A stretch of 64,000 nt of DNA, from contig NC_083279.1 of the NCBI RefSeq assembly GCF_963506605.1, forward strand, positions 69,564,001 through 69,628,000. Reading direction: 5' to 3'. Source of the stretch: Zootoca vivipara (lineage: Eukaryota). The notes under the pieces are model-generated. The model was not told the origin of the DNA. It saw only the letters and a program-made list of their open reading frames with translations, and did not search any database. Shown here in pieces: positions 46,101-58,100 of this stretch. Position 1 is the first letter of the stretch. Each line of letters starts with the position of its first letter. Both the position numbers and the translations under genes were made by a program.

Positions 46101-49100
46101 AGTTTGTCATATGTATGAGCTTTTGTGTGCATGCACACTTCTTCAGACAAACTTAGTTGGTCTCTAAGATGCTACTGGAAGGATTTTTTTTATTTTGTTT
46201 TGACTGCATCAGACCAACACGGCTACCTACCTGTAACTGAAATAAATGAAATTGTTTAGGAATCTGCTTTACTGTATATTGCGTCCGACCATTGGTCCAT
46301 CTAGCCCATTATTGTCAATACTTGCTGGCAATGGATTTCCTTCATTTTTATCTGTCCTCTTTTCACACCTCTCCCCCCCCCCTTGTTCAAACACCCTGCT
46401 GCCTGGCCCTCAATTTCAGTGGACATCAAGGTCTAAAAATAACAATTTTTACGCAAACTGGGGAAGAAAAAGACCTTTTGAGAAACGTTACATCGATGAT
46501 GAAGGACCAGCATTTGGGTAAGTGGAGGATGCTTCAGAACTCAAGGCCACAGTGCTGAGTATTTTGGGTACTGCAAGCCTATGATGTAGGGCAGCAATGT
46601 TTAGCTAATTAAACAGATTGATCAATTAAGAAAAAATTGAAATAGTTCTCCTGAGTAATCGGGTGGTAGATTTTTACTTTTTTGCAGATTATCAAAGCTA
46701 GATGGCAAGTGCCTTCCTAAAAGAATTGTGTTTTCTTTCACATACAAGTGAGTATATTTTCTAAGGTGATTCCTGTTGTGGTACTGTGTGTACGATCTAG
46801 AAACAAAGAAAAAGAAAGAGAGTTTTTATTCATATGCAAATGTATGCATATTTAATCTAGTAGAATGTAGTTGAATCCTGTATGTGTCTGCTCAGAAGAG
46901 TCCATTGGGACTTAATTTCCACGGAAGTGGAATTGCAGCCTACAAGTCATATGATTGTTGAAGCATTTTAATCAGAAGACAGCCTGACTAGAAAGCTATG
47001 GTCTTCAAAGTTGAATTTTTAAGGGATTTATATTTCTAACCTCACCAATCTTGAGGTGAGCAATATTAAAAATAAGCAATGAAACAGCAAAATATAAAAG
47101 TGTCTATATCACAACAAAAATATTCATAGAAGTTTAATCTCCACCAGTTTGGGTTTGGATGCCAGTACAAAGAAACAAATCTTGCAACACTTGTGGGAAA
47201 TTATTTGGCTCACTTTGATGAATCTCCAAGAGGAGAATACCATTACAGTGGTGCCTCGCTAGACGAATTTAATTCATTCCACGGGTCAATTCTTATAACG
47301 AAAAATTCGTCTAGCGAATCCCATAGGAATGCATTGACTTTTTTAAAAAAAAAATTGCCCATAGGAACGCGGCAATTGAATTTCAATGCATTCCTATGGG
47401 AAACCGCAATTCGCTAGACGAATTTTTCGTAAAACGAATTCGTCTAGCAAGGCAACCTCCACTCGAAAAATCCTTTCGTTAAGCGAAAAATTCGTCTTAC
47501 AGGGCGTTCATCCAGCGAGGCACCACTGTACTATATGTCATTGAATAATCCACTGAGAGTGATCCTCTGTTTGCTCTCAAGGCAAGAGGTGACATCTACT
47601 TTATATAGGAACATACATGAGATTAAACTCATGGAGATAGATTATTACAATAACTAATAGTGACATACATTAATAGTCAAGTTATTTGTAAGTTGTGTTT
47701 GTAACGATTCACACAACCTTGAATGTTAAAACTTTTAATGGCTTGTTGCACTTCTAAAACCTCAATATCAAGCATATTTACATGGATATCCAAATGATTT
47801 TCAGGTGAGCTTCCACATATACATGGTCTAAGCATAAATATAATCATAAGTTCTATAAGTTCCATTTATATGACAGTAAAAATGATTATTTCATATTATA
47901 ATATAGAATGCAATGAAAATCTTATACCAATTACAGTCATACATACCTCGGTTTAGGTACACTTCGGTTTGAGTACTTTCCGTTTAAGTACTCCGCAGAC
48001 CTGTCTGGAACGGATCAATCCACTTTCCATTACTTTCAATGGGAAAGTTCGCTTCCGGTTAAGTACGCTTCAGGTTAAGTACGGACTTCCAGAACCAATT
48101 ACACTCATACTTTGGGTTAAGTACGCTTCAGGTTGAATACTCCGCGGACCTGTCTGGAACAGATTAATCCACTTTCCTTTCCTTTCAATGGGAAAGTTCG
48201 CTTCAGGTTAAGTACAGACTTCCGGAACCAATTGTGTACTTAAACCGAGGTACCACTGTATTAGACCATAATGGGTGGAAGCAGATGCCTGGTCCTGCTA
48301 TTGGCTAAAGGATTATTCAAGATTTTTTGTTACTTCTCTTGCATATTGTTATAAGATTATTTCTTGTCTCTCTCAGTAAAATCAGGCTGATGGTTGGACA
48401 CCTCAGAGAGTCCATTGTGGATACCTCCTTGATTTCCATTAGTTCTGATGAAGTGGTGAGCCGTGAGGCTGTATGCTAGGCAAAACTACCAGTGGTCAAC
48501 CACGTGGCAACAGAAGGTGGAGGGGAACTTTGCCCTTACATTTCAACACTGCATAGCAGTGGAGAGTGGTGATGCTGCCACAGTCAGAGATGTGAAAGTG
48601 TATTGTTGCTATGTTGGATAGATGTGGCAGCATGGATGCAGGTTGCTGACATCAGTGGGAGCAACAATATCCCCAGTCATCATGTCCCTGTACAATGTTG
48701 GCTTCAGCACTCTAACTTCTACTGCTGCCTCTCAGCACAGGAAGGCAATGGAATGAATCCCTGGTCCATCTCTATCACAACACAGGAGATACTAGCAGTT
48801 TTGCCAAGCATACCAGCTCACCCATCACTACTATGATACTGGAGGTCCAGCTCTGAGGGCCTTCTGGCGGTTCCCGCACTGCGAGAAGCGAAGTTACAGG
48901 GAACCAGGCAGAGGGCCTTCTTGGTAGTGGCACCCACCCTGTTAGATGGCAAGGAAATAAACAACTACTGTATCTGACTTTTAGAAGACATCTGAAGGCA
49001 ACCCTGTCCAGGGAAGTTTTTAATGTTTGAAGTTTTATTGTATTTTTAATATTTTGTTGGAAGCCGCCCTGAATGGCTGGGAAAACCCAGCCAGATGAGC

Positions 49101-52100
49101 TGGGTATAAATTATTATTATTATTGTTATTGTTATTATTATTATTCCCCAGTCATGGGGAAATGACAGTCATGGGGGGAGGGGAAGCACACCCTCATTTG
49201 AATTCTGTCATTCACATGACACAGTGTAATTAATATGTCATATGTTTCTGTTCATCTGAGGTTGTATCAACCTAATTTAAAAACCTACTAAGGAACAGAT
49301 GATTGTTATTATGTCTTGATATTTAAAACCACAGAATTCAAAGAGGTTTCTGGTGTAGGATGGGGGGAGCTCAAGTTCCCCACCCCGGCTCTAAAAAGTG
49401 ACAAACAGCACCATGTTCCTTGGGATTGCACTGGTTTAACTGGTGGTATGCCCCATGGCAAGCAATTATGTGGTGGAGCAGTGGGTTTTAGGATCGGGCT
49501 GTTTTAGATTTCCTTCCTGCTGTGTCTCGTGGACTCAGTACATGTTACAGTATATATTTGTCTTATTTTACCCATGCAACAACTCTAGAGGCTAAAAGTT
49601 GTCATTGGTTCTTCATCTTTATTTGAATGATGCTTCTTGGTTGTTATAGAAACTATTATAACTGGCTGCTGCTATGCCTTTAGTTATGAGGGGCAAGGGA
49701 AGCTGAAGGGCATGTATCTGGGGCCCCTTGAAGATCTGCTGGGTGGCTCTCAGGGTTCTGCTTCTTGGCTTGAAGCCTTTAAAGCATGTGACAAAACAGT
49801 TTGTTTTTTTTAATGGGCAGTTATGTAGATCATAGGTATAACTATGTAAAGCAAATAATGTTTCCACAAACCTACTGCTTTTATTTTGTGCAGGCCAGCT
49901 TGCGCTGCTTTCATTTTAGGCTTGAGTCAACAGTCTTATAAAACAGGCCAGTTCTTAAATGTGAAGTGAATACATGTCTACATCACTGTGACTATTAGCA
50001 TGTCTTAGGCAACAGAACTAGCAGCTGTTCTATGGGAGATGCAACTTGTTTAAAAATGCATGTAGCTGTGACTTTAAGTAAATTAAAGTACAGTAAATGC
50101 AACTTCCTTTATTTGGTGCTTGTATTTTGTATATGCACACATTTGTGGAAAATATCGAAGAAGTATCTTGAATACATTAGCATGTGACAGTTTTCTCTGT
50201 GCAAATTTGAATCCGCTGCAGCCATCTCTTATATATAATCTCTCTGAGGCCATGTTTACATGCTGTGTTTGCGATAAAGGCACGATAGCCTCCAGGGAAG
50301 CCTCTTTATTGTTCTGTGCAGCGTTCATGTCTCTTCTTTGGTTTATGGTTGTCCAGCGTAGCAGCTGCTGGTTTGTAGGGTTCTAAAGTTTCTTTTTAAA
50401 AAAACATTTCAACACTGCTAAACAGTCCTGGACTCCAGCTGATTTTCTGAAGTGACCTCTGAAGGAACAAAAAGAGACCGCTCCAATTTCCTGGCATCTC
50501 TGAACCCAGTGGAAGACATTACACAGCTGTGAGGCACTTCTAGCCAGGATTTTGAATTGGCTGGTTCTCTTCTAGTAGAGCTATTTCCTTTCTAGGTTGA
50601 AGTCCTGATTTCTCTGGCTTCCTTAAGATTATTCTGTATCAGAAAATTTCCAACCTTGGCTTTTGCAGATTTTTTACATTGCCATTCATAATCTTTCAGT
50701 GAAGTCATCTAATTTTCATTTGTCACTTCTGAAGACATAAATTAGTACACTGCAGGTGCCCCTGAAACAAGCGTTGGTAAACCTTTAAGGCATGATTCAC
50801 TAGGTTCACTTTAAAGAAGGCTTCAGTGGCCAAGCACACAATATATAGTAAGCAAAGCTTTCTCAATGAAGAATATGTAAAAAGATTAGGTGTAGAAAGA
50901 ACATTTGCTTCCATCTCTTTCTAAAAAAAAGTACAATATACATTCTTGGCTGAGGGCATCTAAAATGAAAATACAACGTTGGGATTATTACATCCTCCAA
51001 AGAATCTTAGTTGAACTCGTGTATCTTATTTAGACTTTAGTTACCTTATTTATCATCACCATTATTATTATTATTATATGTATGACAGGCAACCCAAAGT
51101 TATCTTGACGAATGTCCTGAAGACGGAAATAGGAAGAAAATACATAAAGACACAGCTTATAACTGATATAACTCATGGTGTCCAGTTGCAGTCAGATCAA
51201 CAAACCTCACCATCTGTTGACAGTGTAGAGATACGGCAAATATTAAGTCCTCTTCAGCAAAACCTTTTTATATCTAGAAGGTATGTTTTGTTAAGTCTGA
51301 CTGTCTCAGACATAATACAGCTTTGCCTACATATTATTAAAATAAATTGCATGCGATTGTATTCCCTGTTATGTTAGTCATTTCTCACTTTCAATGCATC
51401 ATTATGAAGCACCCTTGTGACTTCCATTTTGGGTTTGTTTAGAATGAGATTAAATATGTCTACATATGTCTCTTGTAAAACTTAGGTTAGTTGCTTTCTA
51501 ACAGTGGGACTAATTCTAGCTAGGCTATTTGGATTATTCAATAGTGAGTTGTTCTCGTAATGCTTGACTTTTGTTTAGCATCATTAACATCTGCAGGAGA
51601 CATGAATTTCCATTCTTGCCTCTTCCTGCCCCTCAGAAAAGAGCGAGTTGCCGTTTTTCCTCCCCACCCCACCGCTGCACAAGTTGAATCTTCTTTGGAC
51701 TATTTTCTCAGTCCTTCTCTTTGCAATGAAAACATAATTATGTTACCAATAGCAACTTGCCCATTCCTTTGTGAGCCCCTTGGCTTTCCCATAGGACTTT
51801 TTATACTCCTCTCAACCAAACACTGTGTTTTACATTGAAAATACCCTTTGACATGAAAAATAATTGATTGATAGATAAGGCACATGGAGAGGTAATAGTT
51901 TAACTTTACCTTATAGTTCAGGGCAGCTATACTGAACATCGAGAGAAAAAAAATTCATCCCTGAATTGTAGTATCCTGGTTCACTTATGTGTCAGTGACA
52001 TGCAAGATGTAAGAACCTGGCTTGAGCCAAATATTTTAAATAAGCAAGAATCCTAGTACTGTAGTATCTACTTGGTGATTAGCAAAGCTACACTTTTCCC

Positions 52101-55100
52101 TTCTCTTCGTCCGCTACAGATGCATTAGAATGCAGAAGGAACGGAATTTTAATTCAGAAGCCTGCATGCAGGCCATAACATAAGAAGCAGTGACATAAAA
52201 AATTAGACAAATTGGAGCCATCAACCATAATACAATAAAGTTTTTAATGATCTAGCCTGGATCATCACCATGCCTGCCTGCCGTATTCAGTAGCATGTTC
52301 ATAGTTTGCACCATTACTCATGCATACAAAGTTGGTTGAAAAATAATTTTGCAATAGTCTTGTACTTTTGAACAGATAAGCATCTCTACGTAGGTCTATT
52401 TTTGCTGCTCCTTCTCTTCAGTGTCAGCAGATACGATTAGCACATCCAAGAATATCAGCCAGTGGCTTCTGAAACAATGGCCAAAGACCACAGTTAATCA
52501 GGGTTTTATCATTCATTTTTGTATACGTAGTTTGTCAGCTTATAGCTATTTAAATACAGTAGTAAGATCTGCTGTAGTTGAACATTTTTTCTTCTGTTGA
52601 GAGTGGATTTACATTTTTTACATGACATTTAATAAAACAATGCCAATATGCCAACAGGAGCTTAAAATTATCGGTAACACTTCTTCTGGTAGATCTTATC
52701 TGAATCTGTCCTTTGGGACCCTTCACTTATTTGCCACCATCTGTTTTTATTCACTTTTATTGTAAACCTCTTGATAGTTATGTTTAATAAAACTCAGGAT
52801 TACTTAAACAAGGCATCCCCAAACTGCGGCCCTCCAGATGTTTTGGCCTACAACTCCCATGATCCCTAGCTAAGAGGACCAGTGGTCAGGAATTATGGGA
52901 ATTGTAGTCTAAAACATCTGGAGGGCCGAAGTTTGGGGATGCCTGACTTAAACAGTTTCAATACAATAATTCAACCAAACATTCATTTGATGGGTTTCAG
53001 AATGCTAATTATTATATGTATGGCAGGCAACCCAAAGTTACCTTGACAGATGTTCTGAGGACGAAAACAGGAAGAAAATACATTCAAAGGCACCTTTTAA
53101 CTGATCCTAATCTATCTGATGCTAACAAGTTGCAATCACATGAACAGACCTCCTCAACCATTGCCAGCCTAGAGTCATGTCAAAAAATAAGCTCTCAAGA
53201 AAGCAGTATTTTACCTAAAAGGTACGTCATTCAGCAATTTATTGATTTTTTTTGTCCTTAATTTATCACTAAAACTATGATTTGTTTGAAAACAATACAT
53301 ACAGGAATGTACACAATCGCCATTGGTTACAATCCGGTCAAAGTTAATTACTTTTAAATGCCATTGATTTCAGCTGGAGAACTACACACATGCTTAATTC
53401 ACTAATTGAAATCAGTAGGATTTTGAATAACTTTGACCCTTTGTTTTTGTGCAAACTTATGTTTTGTTTTCATTCATAGCCATGATTTGCAATGATTGCC
53501 ATGGAGGTAACACTACCTGTAGAATGATGCCTTTCACCTCTATTCCTCCAAAAAGACTTTTATGGAGGAAAGCATTTTTTCAGAATTTTTAGTGTGCCAG
53601 CATGGAAATAAATCAGAAGCCAGCATAATATCCCTACATCCTACCTAAAATATAAAACTTGAAGCTTAGAGGTTCTTTTTAAAGCACGATGGAAGCTATA
53701 GTGTATTTGGAATTCAGCTCTTTCCATCCTATCACTTAATATAAAACTGTAGCTATATGCTGGAGCTGTCATACTAAAGACCTGGAACTCTTTTCGTCCC
53801 TTTGTGTTAAGCTAATGCAGAAGTTGTGCATCTGGGCAGCCGACTTCCAACAGTGGTCAACTTCTGGGCAGCCCTCAGACCCCTCTTCCCAACTGATTCC
53901 CCCCACCTGTGCTGCCCAGCTGTTTGGCCATAGAGATAGTGTTCAAAATCCCCCAGGCGCCAGGCACCTTTTGTGACTGGCGCGAGTCCAGTTGTGACCA
54001 AATGAAGATGTCTTGTTGCCAGGTTTTGCGACTGACATCTCCACCACCTGGCTGGCAGGCAGCAGCGTTTTCTGCTGCTGCACGACACACCCCAGCAACA
54101 AAATACACTGCTGCGTGCCGGCCGGCCAATCTCTGATGTCTTGTCGCTGTTTTATTCTGGATTGTTTTACTTGACATTTTAATGTGTTGTAAACCACTTT
54201 TTTTCTTTAAAATGTAAAGTGGCATAAAATGAAATGAATAATAAAAACATTAATAATCTCCATTGTAAAAAAGAAATGGCGACTAGACCATCGGTTGTGG
54301 CAACCGTAGCGTAGGTTTCGGGTGCTTATATATCTGAGTTTCTAACAGAGAGAGCCAGTGTGGTGTAGTGGTTAGAACGGTGGACTCGTAATCTGGGGAA
54401 CCGGGTTCGCGTCCCCGTTCCTCCACATGCAGCTGCTGGGTGACCTTGGGCTAGTCACCCTTCTCTGAAGTTTCTCAGCCCCACCAACCTCACAGAGTGT
54501 CTGTTGTGGGAGAGGAAGGGAAAGGAGAATGTTAGCCGCTTTGAGACTCCTTCGGGTAGTGATAAAGCAGGATATCAAATCCAATCCTCACTTTATGTGG
54601 GATGCCTTCGAAGTGGCACTGAATTTGGTACAAAAAAATGACTGCTAGGATGCTGACTGGAACTGGTAGATTGGAGCACATCACCTCAACCTTGTTTTAT
54701 CTACACTGGCTACCTGTTTTCAACCTTAATTCAAGGTGCTAGCTTTGCCCTTGAAAGTTGTAAACAGTTTTCTCAAGAGTCTTCTCTCCCCTCCTCCAAA
54801 AGAAGATGGTGGTTTATATGGGCCACTCTAAGAGGCCTTTCTTCAGGTTCCCCTGTTGTCAGATGTGTGATGAATTTGTACATCAGATGGCCTGCTCTGC
54901 AGTGGTGTTCAGAATTTAGGACAACTTTCCTAGGGAGCTTCCATCCCCGGTGGCAAAGGCCCACTTATTTCAGCAGACTTTTTGTGGGGTACTAGATTAG
55001 TTTGCAACTACTGCTGCTTCCGATCCTGCTTTACTTTGATTATTTCAATAATATTCCACTAAATATACGTTTGGTTTTTGTAAGCCATCTTGACTATGGA

Positions 55101-58100
55101 AAGGTGGGGTATGGCTACTGGAAATCCATAAGTTTATGACATAGTCTGTGACAAACTGGTGCTATGCAAGCGGGCCAGCAGTTATTTTAAGATGGAGGTA
55201 AAATACGGTTTACTTTGAAGGAGAAACGCTTCAACTCAGTATGAGTTGTTAGGCATTTCTTCATTTCTTTTACTAGAAAACAGAAGGGGGGGCAAACAAT
55301 AATAGAGGGAACAGGTAGTATTGGTAGTATCAGAATACAGGCGTACCTCTGAGATATTCCGGGTCCAGTTCCGGACCACTGCAATAAAGCAAATGTCGCA
55401 ATAAAGGGAGTCACACCATTTATACCATTTCCCAGTGATATAGAAGTTATGTTTACACTATACTGTGGTCTTTTAAGCCAGGCTTCCCCTGGCTGCAGGG
55501 GTAGGAGGGGAAAACCCCAGCTGTAGCCCTAGCCAGCTTCACTTCAGGGGGCAGAAGAGGGACAGTGGGGGCTTGGCTGGCTGCAGCTGCACCTGCATCC
55601 TCGTGAGGAGCAATATCTGCAGAGCACAGCAAAACTAAGTATGCCTGTATATAGCACTTGGGCTTGAAATATTTGCAGGTGATTGCTAGAAATGGGGGAC
55701 TTATGGGTATTGAAAACCAACAGATTAAGCTTTATAGGGAATAAGTACAAGTAACCAACTTTAAAAATTACTTTAGCAGTAGTTTTTGCATTTTACACTC
55801 TTGCGAAATGTGTGAAGACTGATACCAGAGATGATAGAGGGAAAATGTCAGTCTTTGATACTTGCACTTGGTTTAGCTTTCAAAATACAGTGTGTTTGAG
55901 TTGAATCAACATAACAGATTATTTCCTATTTCTTTCTTTTATTTCACTGAAAATATCCCAGCAAGTCAGATCCAATAAATATTTTTTGGCCACATTTCAA
56001 AGTGCTGTTGTTTGTCAATGAGTTCATTTCCTTGGCACAAGGTTTGGACATAAGACTATGAGAGCCAATGTGGTGTGGGGGTTATTGTGCTGGGCTAAGA
56101 CCTGGGTTTTAAATCCCAGGTGGCCACAAAGCTCACTGGGTGACCTTGGGCCAGTCCCTGCCTCTCAGGCTAACCTTCCTCACAGGGTTCTTGTGGGCCT
56201 TAAAGAGGGGCGAGGGGGGAGAACTATATATGCCACCTTGAGCAGCAGAACACTATGCTAAAGAACGGAGGTTACAGAAAATACCATCTGTAAAAGGATG
56301 GTTAGGAAAGGTGAGGGGTTTTGTTCTAACTGGCCAAACAGACATTTATGACTACAAGGAAAAATAATAATTTCATACTATTTCATGGAAATAGAAAGAT
56401 AGATAGATCTCATTTATATTCCTTTAATTTGCCAAAGCAGTGAAAATATAGTGAGATTGTCTGCTGGCCTCTTTCTGACTGATATGCTAAATCAATAGCA
56501 ATTTATTATATTTGTATTTTTTAATATGCCTGCATGTAACACCCATTACTTGATACAGAAGTCTAGTTAACTTGTTTAATAACAGCACAATTTTGTACAT
56601 GGTTTTCCCCAGAAGTAAGTTCCATTGTGTGCAGTAGGGCTTACATCCTATTAAGTGCATTTAGGAAGGGAGGATTGCAGCCCCTGTGTATGTAAGCATA
56701 TTTCTGATTATATATATATCAGGGGAAATGGAAAATGTTTCTTTCCCCCAACCTTCCTTTTCCTCCTTATAGTACAGAAGGAAGGAGGGACTGTGTGAGC
56801 CTGAAACCATACGATCCAAATTGTTGTCACAAATCTGATGTGACAAAAGGACTTAGACTAAGATTATTTGCCACAGATGGACTATGAGTCTTGTTGAGAT
56901 CTGTTTGAAGGAGCATGAATTGGTTTTATTTTTAGTGACCATTGTGAAGGTTATAAACCAGGTAAGCAGTTGTAGCATCGTGAAATATACCTAAACAGTA
57001 CTCATTGTTTTTGAAAACATATGGGTGATTAATGTTTTGGTGTATTTTTTTCCACAGGCATGGGACATCTCAACGAAGGCCGAATGACCAGAAACCATAT
57101 AAAGATGCAGAAACTCATAGCACTTTTTTGACTTTAAAAAGATGTGACGTGATTCTAGAAGGTTAGTATTTTAGAAATTATGCAATATATTTTAATATTT
57201 GGATATGGCATTCGAACTAATGGGGTTTGCTGAGATAGGGTTCTCATTCGTCCAAACTAAGACATGGTTCTCCATCTCTGAAACTTTATGCAGTACAGTT
57301 TATGAAAGTTTTCTTATCTCCACAAAATAGAAATCCAAGCTCTTTGATAATTTAATCCTTGAAATAAATTCAACAGATTACAGGGCACGGAATGTGTTTT
57401 GTGCCTTAATGCAAATTTTGTAAGCATGCTAATTCCATTAAACTTGATGAAACCTATTTCTGTGTAATGTGTTTAGGGTTAGGGTCTTGGAAATTCAAGG
57501 TTTCCCTAATGTTTAGCATAGTTAACTACCCCTTCATAAATTCAGTTAATGAATGATATAGCATGGGTATATTTTTCCTGTATATGAATGAGTGGTAATT
57601 CCAATAGAGTATGTTGAATAACTGAATACAGAAGGTGCCAATTATTTCAGATTCTTAGATTCTTTAATAAGGGATAAAAGTGGCTTTTTTAGAGGAACAA
57701 GGCAAGTTTTAAATATTTCTTACCATGATTGTGAAACATGTAGAACATATATATAAAGAGAGGGAGGAATAGTTTCCAGAGTCAGAATTCAACTTGGAAC
57801 ATGTAAGGTTGCAAAAACGTTTGGGCTCAGTCTTATCAAGGCTTAACAAACACAGTAAGTCTTATCTCTGAGCAACATGCATAGGGTTGCCCTGTTAATA
57901 TCCCCTTTAATATCCCCCTGTTAATAATCCCATTTTAGACATAAGGTTTTCTGCCTATGTCTAAAGCAGTAAAACAAGCATGCTGGCTAAGAGTGTGCCT
58001 ATATTCATTTGCTCATTCCTTTATTTTTTAAAAAGACTGTAACATAAAGAATAAAGAAAGAGATCGGCCAGAGAAAACAAGAAAAGATTCCAAGAATCTC

